Of a DNA stretch of 40,118 nucleotides, positions 30,847 through 40,118 are shown one piece after another. The position numbers and the translations under genes are program-made. The notes beneath the pieces are model-generated. The model was not told the origin of the DNA and did no database searches. It worked only from the letters and a program-made list of their open reading frames with translations. This DNA is from Pseudomonadota bacterium (lineage in GTDB: Bacteria > Pseudomonadota > Alphaproteobacteria > Micavibrionales > Micavibrionaceae): contig JACQIJ010000180.1 of assembly GCA_016198545.1 (NCBI GenBank), forward strand, positions 1 through 40,118. Reading direction: 5' to 3'. Numbering within the stretch: position 1 is the stretch's first letter; each line of letters begins with the position of its first letter.

Positions 30847-31854
30847 ATGGGTATTTCCCTGGAAATCCGTGACCATATATGTGCCGTCGGGATTTTCCTT
30901 CACAAAGGCGGAATCGGCGGGAACCTTGCCATGCCCGCCGGGAATGTCGAGCATATAGGCCGGCAGGCACAGGCCGGACAGCTTTCCGCGCAGGGAGCGC
31001 ATGAGGGCTATGCCTTCTTTCAAAGGCAGGCGGAAATGCGACGTTCCGGGGGCCATGTCGGGGTGGTGGATGTAATAGGGTTTCACGCCCAGCGTGGTCA
31101 GGCGGCGGAGCAGGGTTTCCAGTGCGTCCGCATTGTCGTTGACGCCGCGCAGCAGGACAGACTGCGACAAAAGGATGCATCCTGCGGCGCGCAGTTGTTT
31201 AAGCACCGCTTCAACGGCAGGCGAGAGTTCCTGCGCATGGTTGACGTGCAGCAAAATGTACAATGGCTTTTCCGTGCGCAGCGCGCCGCACAGCGCATCC
31301 GTCATGCGCGGCGGATCGGCTACGGGGATGCGCGTGTGGATGCGCAGGGTCTGCACGTGCGGAATTGATTGAATATCTTTTAACAGCTTCTCTATCCGCT
31401 CTGCGCCCAGCATCAGGGGATCGCCGCCGGACAGGATGACTTCGCTTATTTCCGGGCGCACACGAATATAATCAAGCGCAGCCCCTGTTTCGGCGGGCTT
31501 CAGCATTTTCCGCCCCGGCCCCACGTTTTCGCGCCGGAAACAGAACCGGCAATAAACGGCGCATATATTCACGGGCATAAAGAGAACGCGGTCCGGGTAG
31601 CGGTGGACGATGCCGGGAACGGGGCTGTGCGCCGCGTCGCCGATGGGGTCGGCGCTTTCTTCCGGCAATGTGAGGAGTTCGGCTGCCTGCGGCATGTATT
31701 GCAGCGCCACGGGGTCGCCCGGATGCCGGATTGTATCCAGAACCGATTCCGTGACGCCGACCGCGTAACGCTGCGCGACCTGATTCAGGACGGGATCGTC
31801 GTCTTGCATGATGCGCCGGGCATCATGCGGTTTAAGGCTACCCTTTGCGGCCAT
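30835..31854 (-). CDS. epmB: Lysine 2,3-aminomutase-like radical SAM protein (EpmB/YjeK type)
   Basis: 339 aa, which is EpmB size rather than the longer KamA. Radical-SAM cluster motif CAVYCRFCFRRE, then ..ILSGGDPL... and ..LLRGVND.. It starts 2 nt after pepA ends. Confidence 0.75.
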   Translation of the reverse strand: MAAKGSLKPHDARRIMQDDDPVLNQVAQRYAVGVTESVLDTIRHPGDPVALQYMPQAAELLTLPEESADPIGDAAHSPVPGIVHRYPDRVLFMPVNICAVYCRFCFRRENVGPGRKMLKPAETGAALDYIRVRPEISEVILSGGDPLMLGAERIEKLLKDIQSIPHVQTLRIHTRIPVADPPRMTDALCGALRTEKPLYILLHVNHAQELSPAVEAVLKQLRAAGCILLSQSVLLRGVNDNADALETLLRRLTTLGVKPYYIHHPDMAPGTSHFRLPLKEGIALMRSLRGKLSGLCLPAYMLDIPGGHGKVPADSAFVKENPDGTYMVTDFQGNTHLYS

Positions 31855-31856
31855 GA

Positions 31857-33386
31857 TCAGGTTTCGTAATGGTCGGCGATGAGTCTGTCAAGGAGTCTTA
31901 TGCCAAAGCCTGTGCCGCTGCCCTTGGGGCAGAAAGGCTTTTCCGATTTTGCGAAGGCAACCCCGGCAATGTCCATATGCGCCCAAGGGGTTTTGTCCTC
32001 GATGAACCGTTCAAGAAAACAGGCGGCGATGCTCGATCCCGCGTTGCGCCCCAGATTGCCGATGCTTTTGACGTCCGCGATATGGCTGTCCAGTTCCCTG
32101 CTGAAGGATTCATTCAAGGGCATGCGCCAGAGCGGCTCGCCGCTTGCCGCGCCCGCCCTGTCCATCTGTTCCCACAGTTTGTCGCTATTGCTGAACAGGC
32201 CGCAATATTCGGCGCCCAGCGCGACGACGATGGCCCCCGTCAGGGTCGCAAGATCAATGACGAAGCGCGGCTTATAATTGCGCTGGACGTAGGTCAGCGC
32301 GTCAGCCAGGACAAGACGTCCCTCGGCATCCGTATTCAGAACCTCGATCGTTTTTCCGGACAGGGATCTCAGGATATCGCTGGGCCTGTATGAGGATCCG
32401 TCCAGCGCGTTTTCGGCAAGCCCGACGATGCCGACGACCGGCGTTTTGCATTTTCGTGCTGCCAGAACCTTCATCAGCCCGACGACGGAAGCCGCGCCGC
32501 CCATGTCGTATTTCATATCCTCCACGCCGCCGGTCGGCTTCAGGTTGACGCCGCCCGTATCGAAGGTCAGTCCCTTGCCGACGAAGGCCAGCGGCGATTT
32601 CATGGCTTTGCCTTTTTTTCCGACCCCGCCATGCCAGCGCATGACGACCACACGCGGCTTGAAGGCCGATCCCTGCCCGACGGCCAGATGCGCGCCGAAG
32701 CCGAGTTTTTTCATTTTCTTTTCATCGAATATTTCCACTTCGACGCCCAGCGGCGTCAGCTCGCGTTGAATGCGCTTTGCGAACGAATCCGGGTACAGCA
32801 TGTTCGGCGGCTCATTCACGAGATCCCGCGCCAGGAAGATTCCGCCCGCGACCTTGTCGAGTTTTTTATATGCCTTGTCGGTGGCGATGGAACCCGGGCA
32901 TACGATTATTTTCGAAAGCGGTTTGCTGCCGTCTTTGCTCTTTGCCGTTTTGTAGCGATCGAAGCGGTAGGAACGCAGCTTTGCGCCGAAAGCCATGTGC
33001 GCCGCCGCAGCGGCCGCCTTCACTTTTTTCGCTTCCGCCATATCGTCCGTCAAAAACGTCGCGGTCTGCGCGCCCGCCGCCGCCAGCGCAAGGAAGGCTT
33101 TTCCGCCCGCAGCCTCGCATGCCGGAAGGTCGAGTTTCAATGCTTCGCCCAGACCTGCAAGAATGATATGCGCGCAGGGAACGCTTCGCGGTGCGGCGAT
33201 CGTCAAAATCTGGCCCCTGTCGCCCTTGAACTTCGATTGTTTTTTCAGGTGGTGGGAGATGAGGCCGCCGCAAGACTTGTCCAATTTTTGCGCCGCCGGG
33301 GGAAGTTTATTTTCCCTGTAGACGGGTACGATGACGGCATCCGATCGTGCGGGCATTTTTGTCTGAAAGGATATGGTCAGGTTCAT
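31857..33386 (-). CDS. pepA: Leucyl aminopeptidase (M17)
   Basis: ..VGKGLTFDTGGVNLKP...MKYDMGGAA...NTDAEGRLVLADAL...ATLTGA.. are the M17 metal-binding and active-site blocks. Confidence 0.93.
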   Translation of the reverse strand: MNLTISFQTKMPARSDAVIVPVYRENKLPPAAQKLDKSCGGLISHHLKKQSKFKGDRGQILTIAAPRSVPCAHIILAGLGEALKLDLPACEAAGGKAFLALAAAGAQTATFLTDDMAEAKKVKAAAAAAHMAFGAKLRSYRFDRYKTAKSKDGSKPLSKIIVCPGSIATDKAYKKLDKVAGGIFLARDLVNEPPNMLYPDSFAKRIQRELTPLGVEVEIFDEKKMKKLGFGAHLAVGQGSAFKPRVVVMRWHGGVGKKGKAMKSPLAFVGKGLTFDTGGVNLKPTGGVEDMKYDMGGAASVVGLMKVLAARKCKTPVVGIVGLAENALDGSSYRPSDILRSLSGKTIEVLNTDAEGRLVLADALTYVQRNYKPRFVIDLATLTGAIVVALGAEYCGLFSNSDKLWEQMDRAGAASGEPLWRMPLNESFSRELDSHIADVKSIGNLGRNAGSSIAACFLERFIEDKTPWAHMDIAGVAFAKSEKPFCPKGSGTGFGIRLLDRLIADHYET

Positions 33387-33481
33387 AGGCTGTCTCCAGG
33401 GAAAAAGATTGATGTTTTCATTACCAGACCTACAATATATGCTTATGTCCGTAAGAAAACAAAGGGGTCCGCAAGCGCAAG

Positions 33482-34624
33482 ATGGCGGTTTTCGACCGGT
33501 ATATTTTCAGAAATATTCTTATCGCCACCGTTTTTACGGCGCTGGTGCTGGCCGGGATTATTCTGCTGACGCAATCTTTGCGCTTCCTTGATCTTATCGT
33601 GAACTCGGGCGCGTCGGGCAAGGCTTTCTGGATTTTAACAATGCTGGCTCTGCCGCGCTTTTTCGAGGTTATCCTGCCCATAGCCCTGATGGCGGCGGTC
33701 GTATTCATCTATAACAAGATGATCACGGACAGCGAGCTGATCGTCATGCGTTCCATTGGCGCCGGGCCGTTGCGCCTTGCCCGGCCGGCCTTGATTCTAA
33801 GCGGGGGGATCGTCATTTTCCTGCTGTTCGTGACGATGTGGCTTGCGCCCGCCTCCCTGTCGGGGATGCATCAGTTGCGCGTCGTCATAAAGGCGCAATA
33901 CTCAACGCTGCTGTTCCGGGAGGGCGTGTTCAACGCGGCGCGCCCCGGCCTGACCGTCTTTATCCGCGAACGCACGAATGACGGGAGCATGCGCGGCGTT
34001 CTGATTCACGACAGTCGTCCTGAAAATGAAACTCCCGTTACGATTCTCGCCAAGCGCGGCGTCGTCGTCTCGTCTCCCGAAGGGCAGCAGGTTCTGGTTT
34101 ATGAAGGATCGCGCCAGTCCGTCAATGCCAATACCGGCGTTCTGGACCGTCTTGATTTCGAAAGCTATACGATCGATTTGCCTGAAGGCAGCGGTCCCGT
34201 GCGCCAGCGCTGGCGTGAGCCTGATGAACGGACGTTTCTGGAATTGCTGCGTCCGGATCCAACGAATAAATCGGATATGGCCAGCAAGCGCGGATTTATG
34301 GTCGAAATCCACAGGCGCATCGTAAGTCCCTTTTTGGCTCCGGCTTTTGCCATCATGTCCCTTGCGTTTTTGTTGACGGGAAGCGGCGCCCGTCGCAGTT
34401 ACAGCTGGCGCGTGGTTTTTGCCATAGCGGCAGCGGTTGTGGTGCAGGGTCTTTATCTGGGCGCGCTCGGCATGGCGCGGCAGCATGATGCGGGCCTTGC
34501 GTCTATGTATTTTCTCGTTAGCGCGCCGATCGCCGGCGGCCTGTTTTTCCTCAGCGAATCCGCGCACGGCCTGCGCAGCCGCATATTTCTGAAAAACGCG
34601 AGGAAAGGAAACGCGCCGGCATGA
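33482..34624 (+). CDS. lptF: LPS export ABC permease LptF
   Basis: FDRYIFRNILIATVFTALVLAGIILLTQSLRFLDLIV is the LptF/LptG N-terminal signature. Six TM helices with a periplasmic domain. Divergent from pepA, as in many proteobacteria. Confidence 0.9.
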   Translation: MAVFDRYIFRNILIATVFTALVLAGIILLTQSLRFLDLIVNSGASGKAFWILTMLALPRFFEVILPIALMAAVVFIYNKMITDSELIVMRSIGAGPLRLARPALILSGGIVIFLLFVTMWLAPASLSGMHQLRVVIKAQYSTLLFREGVFNAARPGLTVFIRERTNDGSMRGVLIHDSRPENETPVTILAKRGVVVSSPEGQQVLVYEGSRQSVNANTGVLDRLDFESYTIDLPEGSGPVRQRWREPDERTFLELLRPDPTNKSDMASKRGFMVEIHRRIVSPFLAPAFAIMSLAFLLTGSGARRSYSWRVVFAIAAAVVVQGLYLGALGMARQHDAGLASMYFLVSAPIAGGLFFLSESAHGLRSRIFLKNARKGNAPA

Positions 34625-35721
34625 AAGCATCCCCCGTCCTGAACCGCTATCTGGCGCGCGCCTATACGCTGAATCTTCTGGCCGGCGCGGCGATTTTGCT
34701 GGCCGTCGTCTATCTTTTCGACACGGTTGAATTGATGCGCCGCGCCGGGAAAATGAAAGACGTGCCCCTGGGTCTTGTGCTGGAAATGGGATTTTTGAAG
34801 CTTCCCGATGTCGGAATGACGGCATTTCCATTTGCCGTTCTGTTCAGCGCAATTTTCACGTTCTGGCAGTTTACGCGCCGCTATGAACTGATCGTTATGC
34901 GTTCGACGGGTTTTTCCGTCTGGCAGTTTTTGATGCCGGCCATTGCCATCTCGATTCTCTGCGGCGTGCTTTTGACGGCGGTTTTCAATCCAGCCGGATC
35001 GATACTGATGAGCCGGTTCAAAGTTCTGGAGAATGATTTTCTTACGCACAACGCCAGTCATATGGCTTTGTTCGATGAAGGGTTGTGGTTGCGGCAGATG
35101 CACGAAGACGGATACGTCGTCCTTCATGCGGCAAGAGTGCAAATGCCGGAGTGGCATTTGCAGGATGTCATGGCCCTTTACTTCGATAACGGGGACTCGC
35201 TGCAAAAGCGCGTGGATTCAAAATCGGCCCTGCTTGATGATAAAAAGGGCATGTGGCTGTTCGGCGATGCCGTTATCAGCAAGCCGCATGAAAAACAGAC
35301 CGCCGTGGACATGGTTGCGTTGCCGACCGAATTGACGGGAGAAGAGATTGAAGACAGCTTTTCGTCGCCCGACACGATGTCGTTCTGGAATTTGCCGGCG
35401 TTTATCCGCACAATGGAAGCGACGGGGTTCGATGCGACGCGGTTGCGCATACATTTTCAGAATTTGATTTCCCAGCCTTTCCTGTTTGCAGCTATGGTTT
35501 TACTGGCTGCCGCTGTTGCCATGCGTCCTCCGCGCCAGCGCGGCGCCTTTTTTCTCGTCGTTTCCGGCGTTCTGTGCGGCTTTGCGGTTTTCTTTCTGTC
35601 CAATTTCCTGCAGGCGCTGGGGGCTACGCACCAGCTTCCGGTCATGCTTGCGGCGTGGTCGCCTGCTTTGATCACGCTTTTTCTGGGATTTACGGCAATT
35701 CTAAGCCTTGAAGACGGATAA
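34621..35721 (+). CDS. lptG: LPS export ABC permease LptG
   Basis: LNRYLARAYTLNLLAGAAILLAVVYLFDTVELMRR... 4-nt overlap with lptF and the same architecture. Confidence 0.9.
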   Translation: MKASPVLNRYLARAYTLNLLAGAAILLAVVYLFDTVELMRRAGKMKDVPLGLVLEMGFLKLPDVGMTAFPFAVLFSAIFTFWQFTRRYELIVMRSTGFSVWQFLMPAIAISILCGVLLTAVFNPAGSILMSRFKVLENDFLTHNASHMALFDEGLWLRQMHEDGYVVLHAARVQMPEWHLQDVMALYFDNGDSLQKRVDSKSALLDDKKGMWLFGDAVISKPHEKQTAVDMVALPTELTGEEIEDSFSSPDTMSFWNLPAFIRTMEATGFDATRLRIHFQNLISQPFLFAAMVLLAAAVAMRPPRQRGAFFLVVSGVLCGFAVFFLSNFLQALGATHQLPVMLAAWSPALITLFLGFTAILSLEDG

Positions 35722-35738
35722 AGCGATGCCGTATCGCT
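35722..35738 (+). terminator. Weak hairpin immediately after lptG
   Basis: AGCGAT gccgt ATCGCT, followed only by TT. The stem is short and the T-run poor, so function is uncertain. Confidence 0.25.
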
Positions 35739-35916
35739 TTCCCGATTGACCTTTTGCCCGTTTAAATATCATTATGAGCGCAGAGTCTGTGCGGCAATAT
35801 TTCTTTGTTTTCAGAATGTTGCCCATTGGCGCGGTCGGGCAGAAAAATTAACCAAGTGGTAACAACAACGTGCTTTACTTTAGGTAAGGCGAGTGCAGTT
35901 CTTAAGGGGCAAGTCC

Positions 35917-36693
35917 ATGATTTCAATAACTAAATTTACAAATACGGTGCTGACGGTTTTGATACTGATGACCGGCTTTCTGACTGCGGCCTGTTCCGCT
36001 ACGCAGGCGCAGAAGGCGGGCGTTGATTCCGATACGGCGATAGAGGACCCTCTGGAGGATATGAACAGGGTGACGTTTGCCGTCAACGATGCGGTTGACA
36101 GGGCTGTCGTTGAGCCTGTCGCGCGCGGTTACCGCGCTGCCGTGCCGAAGCCGCTGCGGACGGGGCTGCGCAATTTCCTGCGCAATCTTCATACTCCCAT
36201 CAATGCGCTGAACCAGCTTCTGCAGGGCGATATCGAGGGGTTTGCAGGCGATATTTCGCGCGCGGCCATGAATACGACGATAGGCATTGGCGGCCTGATC
36301 GATGTGGCCGCCGATACGGGGCTTGAATACGAATACGAGGATTTCGGCCAGACGCTGGCCGTATGGGGCGTCGGTCACGGCCCTTATCTGGTTCTTCCGG
36401 TATGGGGGCCATCTTCTTTCCGCGACGCCACGGGTCTTCTGGTTGACACCTTTGCCGATCCGGTGCGTCTGTACCTGTACAATACGGATCAGGAAGAATG
36501 GTATTACGCGCGCGCGGCGGCGGCGGGCCTCGACCGCCGGGAAGAGCTTCTGGATGCAATCGACGATCTGCGCAAGAATTCATTTGATTACTATGCCGCC
36601 CTGCGCAGCGCTTACGTGCAAAAACGCGAAGCGATGGTGCGGGATGAGGACGGCGACGCGCCTTCTATTCCCGACTATGACAGCGAGGACTAG
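35917..36693 (+). CDS. mlaA: MlaA/VacJ-family outer-membrane lipoprotein
   Basis: AAGGGG RBS and ATG 35917. Lipobox FLTAACS. DPLEDMNRVTFAVNDAVDRAVVEPVARGY and ..FGQTLAVWGVGHGPYLVLPVWGPSSFRD are VacJ blocks. Confidence 0.88.
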   Translation: MISITKFTNTVLTVLILMTGFLTAACSATQAQKAGVDSDTAIEDPLEDMNRVTFAVNDAVDRAVVEPVARGYRAAVPKPLRTGLRNFLRNLHTPINALNQLLQGDIEGFAGDISRAAMNTTIGIGGLIDVAADTGLEYEYEDFGQTLAVWGVGHGPYLVLPVWGPSSFRDATGLLVDTFADPVRLYLYNTDQEEWYYARAAAAGLDRREELLDAIDDLRKNSFDYYAALRSAYVQKREAMVRDEDGDAPSIPDYDSED

Positions 36694-36714
36694 ATTGTTT
36701 TTAAAGAGGAAGGG

Positions 36715-37407
36715 TTGATGTCTGTAACCGTCTATATAAGGAAAGGATTATCGGCGGGGCTGCTGTTATCAGCCCTGTCGCTGCCTGTTCTTATGGCCGG
36801 CATGGAAGCGGCGCAAGGCCATGCTGCGACGGTTTCCGGCGTCGAAAGAGGAATCTCCGACCATTTCCTGTATATCGTTTCGACGGATCAGGTTGGCAAG
36901 GGCGCGCGGGAATTCATAGACGGCATGGCGCAGCGCGCCATAGATTTCCTTGGCGATGCGGATCTGACGCAGGAACAAAAACAAAGCAAGTTCCGATCGC
37001 TGCTGCAGGACAGTTTCGATATGGAGACGATCGGCCGTTTTGCCCTGGGGCGGTACTGGCGCGTGGCCACGCCCGAGCAGCGCAAGGAATACCAGCGCTT
37101 GTTCCGCGACATGGTCATAAAGGTCTATTCGGATCGCTTCAAGGAGTACAAGGGCCAGAAGGTTGAAACGCGCAGCGTTCGTCCGGATGGCGAAAAGGAT
37201 GCTCTTGTAACAAGCTTTATCGTTCCTGAAAGCGGCCCCGAAGTGCAGGTTGACTGGCGGGTGCGCTACAAGGACGGGAAATACCGCATTATCGACGTGA
37301 TTGTGGAAGGAGTCAGCATGTCCGTGACGCAGCGGTCCGATTTTTCTTCCGTGATCCAGCGTGGCGGCGGCGACGTCGAGGTTCTTCTGGCCCATCTCAA
37401 GCAGTAG
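36715..37407 (+). CDS. mlaC: MlaC/Ttg2D-family periplasmic phospholipid-binding protein
   Basis: Signal peptide, then ..FRSLLQDSFDMETIGRFALGRYWRVATPEQRKEYQRLFRDMVIKVYSDRF...YRIIDVIVEGVSM are MlaC family blocks. The start is TTG 36715 or ATG 36718. Confidence 0.85.
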   Translation: MMSVTVYIRKGLSAGLLLSALSLPVLMAGMEAAQGHAATVSGVERGISDHFLYIVSTDQVGKGAREFIDGMAQRAIDFLGDADLTQEQKQSKFRSLLQDSFDMETIGRFALGRYWRVATPEQRKEYQRLFRDMVIKVYSDRFKEYKGQKVETRSVRPDGEKDALVTSFIVPESGPEVQVDWRVRYKDGKYRIIDVIVEGVSMSVTQRSDFSSVIQRGGGDVEVLLAHLKQ

Positions 37408-37435
37408 AAAACGGACACGGCAAACACCGGCCTTC

Positions 37436-40084
37436 TTACTTGTTGCGTCCCAGGTTGCGCATCACGTCCAGGCCGCCCTGCGCGCCTTTCTGCAGCGTAC
37501 TCTGCAATACCTGCGACCCGCCGGCGGCATAGGTCAGGAGCTGTTCGGCCGGATCCTTGGCGATTTCCCCGAAGCTCGTCACGCTCGCGCCCATCCAGCG
37601 CAGGATATTGTCCGGGATCAGGTCTACGAGCTTGAAAGAGGCGACCGCCTGCAGATACACGATGATCGCGTACAGCGCGGTATAGAAGAAGCTGCTGACC
37701 GGGTCGCGCATGAACTCCAGGGATCCTGTCTGGCCTGCCACCGGGGTCTGATATCCCTTCGTCTGCAAGTTATCGAACCCGGTTATGTTCGTAACCGCAA
37801 GGTGCCAGATTTCATGAAGCACATAGACCTGCGCCGCGAAAATGGCCAGGCCGGCCAGAAGTCCGAACACAATCAGGATCGGTCTTATCATGATTTCAAA
37901 CATAAGGTAATAGCCGTCCAGTCCGGCGGGCCCGGGCAGGCCTTCGCCATCGATGTGGATATGGGCAAGAGCCCACAGCGGCACGCCGACCATCGCTTCG
38001 AATATGGATCTGATCCACGTCATCGTCGCGAAGAAGAAATATATGAAAGGCATGAAGGGAAGGATGTAATAAAGTATGAATCCGATGGAAAGCCCCATAA
38101 GTCCTATCTGCACGGCGAAATCCGCCATCGAGATTCCAAGTCCGCCGATTTCCGTGCGGCCCAGCAGGTTGGCGAGGCCGCCGAAGAGGCCGGCTCCGAA
38201 TGAAAATCCCAGATTCATCATCGAGCTTTCGACCATGCTGCGCCCCACGCCGACAAGCTGCGCCAGGGGGTGGACGGAAACATTATCGACAAGGTTGAAC
38301 AGACCTTCGAGGCCGAGAACGGCGGTAATCGTGTCCTGGAAAATATTGCCTGTTGGTTGAATGAAAAGGTCCTGCCAGGAATTGACCGCGTAGTAATAGG
38401 CCATGGCGGCATAGATGTCGTCAGGCTGCGCGAGATTGACCAGCGTTCCATCGGGAAGTTTAGGGTTGTAGCGCTCAATCCCCGTGACCCACCCGCTTTC
38501 GCGCGCGCGTTCCATGCGGACCTGCTCCATCACTTCGGGATATTTTTTAGGCGTAGGCAGGCTGAACGATGCGGCTATATAGCTTCCATTGTATTGCGCC
38601 ACTCTGTTGTACCAGATTCCCGCGCCGCCCCATCCCATGTCCGTTACGGCCGGGAACCAGTTGGGGTCGGCGACCTGATCGGCCCTGCCGGCCAGAATGG
38701 CTTGCCGCACCAGATCATCGTAATAGTCGATGTAATCCGTCTTGAGAAAATTGCCGAAGGGAACGGGCGAAAAGGGGTCTTTTTCCATGATGGGCATGAA
38801 TCGCCTTGCCACCGCTTCCCCGTCGGCCCAGAAAAGCGCATCGTTGACCAGTAGTTCAAGAAGAATATCGTAATACCTCTCCTGCACCGTTTGCGCGCCG
38901 GGCGTGGTCAGGTCCTTGACCTGGACGACGATTTCGCCGCAAATCGGGCGTACGCTGCCGGGGTACTTGTTGTAGGCCGGATCGATTTCGCCAATGACGA
39001 TAACGATTTCTTCCGATCTGGCAGAAGTTGTCGGCGTTATGATGCTGCGCGCGTTCGTGACGGCCGCCTGGAATCCGCCGGGCATCGGCACGGCATTGTT
39101 GCCGTAGATCTGGAACACCTCGATCGTCTTGCTGCCGTCGGGGCCGCGCAGCCACCCTTCGATCCAGCGGCACGTATGAACCGTATAGGCCCATTCCAGA
39201 AGCGTATTGAAATGCGGCGGGTTCGGCAGGACGACAAGGTTTTCCGGCTGCCCCATAGGCGTCGAGTTTCCGCTGCCCAGCTCCGTGTTGAACAATATCC
39301 AGGCATTCGTGGCAAGTCCCGATCCCCATTTGGCGATGCGCAGAGTCATGATCTGGGCCACGTTCATGCCGAAGCTGTTGTTCGTTCCGAACGGAACTAT
39401 GACCAGCAGCGCTATGGCGAAAATCATGCGCGGCACGGCCCATGTGCGGTTGAATCTTTTTCCGAACGGCGACCCGGTAACGGCCGTTTCGCCCACGGTC
39501 GTGGCGACAAGATACAGGAAAACGATGAGACCGACCGCCAGTATGCCCGTATTGTAGAACTGGAACAGCAGGAGCATCCCGCTGTGAAGCGCGCCCGGCC
39601 ATGACGCGACGATGGCCGTATTCTGGTTTGTGAAGCAGGGAATGCCGGCCGCCACGCAGGTGATTCCGCCCCCCACGTCGGTGAATACGCCCGGAATGCC
39701 GAATACCAGATCAAGAAGAACGAAGGCGACGTCGTCGGTCGCGTTGGGAGTCGAAAAGAATTGCTGCAGGAACGCGGGCGTTATGCCCGAAGCATGCGCC
39801 GCACCGGAAAAAAGGGAAAAACCGAGTATAAGAAACTGCGCGAACAGCAGGAATATTCCGCCCAGAACGGCGTAGTAAATGATGACCTGATCGATGTTTT
39901 CCCTTTTAATGACGAGGTTCCGGCGCGCTTCCATCAGGACATGCCGCATGCCGTAGCGGCCTATGCTGTCGGCTCTCAGGTAGGGGTGATTATAGGGCAG
40001 AAGGCGCGCGGCATGGAATGCGGCGGCCATGTACATGGCAATATGGGAGAAGCCCGAAAAAAAAAGCCTTCCCGCCCGCGGCAA
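37436..40084 (-). CDS. dotA: DotA/TraY-family type IVB secretion/conjugation inner-membrane protein (the 5' end may extend past the window edge)
   Basis: Signal-anchor ..FLILGFSLFSGAAHA. Then DDVAFVLLDLVFGIPGV and FQFYNTGILAVGLIVFLYLVATTVGETAVTGSPFGKRFNRTWAVPRMIFAIALLV parallel the DotA N-terminal region as I recall it. A large periplasmic middle part follows. The C-terminal VGVPLWALAHIHIDGEGLPGPAGLDGYYLMFEIMIRPILIVFGLLAG block is also DotA/TraY-like. The frame has no stop between the TTG at 40084 and nt 40118. The ATGs at 39949 and 39934 are alternative starts. Confidence 0.7.
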   Translation of the reverse strand: MPRAGRLFFSGFSHIAMYMAAAFHAARLLPYNHPYLRADSIGRYGMRHVLMEARRNLVIKRENIDQVIIYYAVLGGIFLLFAQFLILGFSLFSGAAHASGITPAFLQQFFSTPNATDDVAFVLLDLVFGIPGVFTDVGGGITCVAAGIPCFTNQNTAIVASWPGALHSGMLLLFQFYNTGILAVGLIVFLYLVATTVGETAVTGSPFGKRFNRTWAVPRMIFAIALLVIVPFGTNNSFGMNVAQIMTLRIAKWGSGLATNAWILFNTELGSGNSTPMGQPENLVVLPNPPHFNTLLEWAYTVHTCRWIEGWLRGPDGSKTIEVFQIYGNNAVPMPGGFQAAVTNARSIITPTTSARSEEIVIVIGEIDPAYNKYPGSVRPICGEIVVQVKDLTTPGAQTVQERYYDILLELLVNDALFWADGEAVARRFMPIMEKDPFSPVPFGNFLKTDYIDYYDDLVRQAILAGRADQVADPNWFPAVTDMGWGGAGIWYNRVAQYNGSYIAASFSLPTPKKYPEVMEQVRMERARESGWVTGIERYNPKLPDGTLVNLAQPDDIYAAMAYYYAVNSWQDLFIQPTGNIFQDTITAVLGLEGLFNLVDNVSVHPLAQLVGVGRSMVESSMMNLGFSFGAGLFGGLANLLGRTEIGGLGISMADFAVQIGLMGLSIGFILYYILPFMPFIYFFFATMTWIRSIFEAMVGVPLWALAHIHIDGEGLPGPAGLDGYYLMFEIMIRPILIVFGLLAGLAIFAAQVYVLHEIWHLAVTNITGFDNLQTKGYQTPVAGQTGSLEFMRDPVSSFFYTALYAIIVYLQAVASFKLVDLIPDNILRWMGASVTSFGEIAKDPAEQLLTYAAGGSQVLQSTLQKGAQGGLDVMRNLGRNK

Positions 40085-40118
40085 CAGGCCGGGAAGAGCC
40101 GCGTATTTTATGATTTGC

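Noticed and set aside
37361-39604. Series of plus-strand ORFs (37361-38203, 38270-38854, 38891-39604) opposite the DotA-like gene
   Set aside because: They are fragmented and Arg-rich with no motifs. A single uninterrupted 882-codon minus-strand frame with membrane-protein features explains the region.
1-40118. Scan for tRNA/rRNA genes, CRISPR arrays, IS elements and tandem repeats
   Set aside because: Nothing matching these was seen. The intergenic regions are short (mostly under 200 nt), without cloverleaf-like or repeat-spacer structure, and no transposase or integrase ORF is present.

Overview
This 40.1-kb window looks like an origin-proximal chromosomal stretch of a fairly GC-rich alphaproteobacterium. 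That reading rests on gene order and family content only; no searches were possible. The housekeeping backbone is: the 3' end of parB; holA-lptE-(rhodanese)-leuS on the minus strand; yggS; an Smr protein; a divergent PEP carboxylase; epmB-pepA divergent from lptF-lptG; and mlaA-mlaC. Several less ordinary pieces are set into this backbone. (1) A ~5.3-kb mosaic island sits between parB and holA (about 564-5894). It is made of decayed ICE-type genes (TraG/VirD4, RadC, ORF6N and ParB-like nuclease fragments), an intact VapBC-type toxin-antitoxin pair, an AT-richer SEL1-repeat gene and an orphan toxin fragment with a CdiI-like immunity gene. Two diverged copies of a 54-nt segment lie within the island. 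(2) A perfect 12-bp palindrome plus T-run, shaped like a terminator, overlaps the lptE start codon just downstream of a rhodanese gene lying between leuS and lptE. (3) There are two small metabolic operons: BKACE+SDR, and extended SDR + dienelactone hydrolase + HAD-IIB phosphatase. (4) An uncharacterised neighbourhood at 18.5-21.4 kb holds a protein with a repeated GDPERMAG motif, an OmpR-type regulator with a degenerate receiver, an acidic Pro/Ala-rich protein and an AT-richer secreted protein. (5) An OmpR/HisKA two-component system is divergent from a three-gene ArnC-like / small membrane protein / ArnT-like glycolipid-modification module. (6) A large DotA/TraY-family (type IVB secretion) membrane protein runs to the right edge of the window. 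No rRNA, tRNA, CRISPR array, intact transposase or integrase was seen. All family assignments come from reading motifs in the translations. G+C statements are by eye, not computed.
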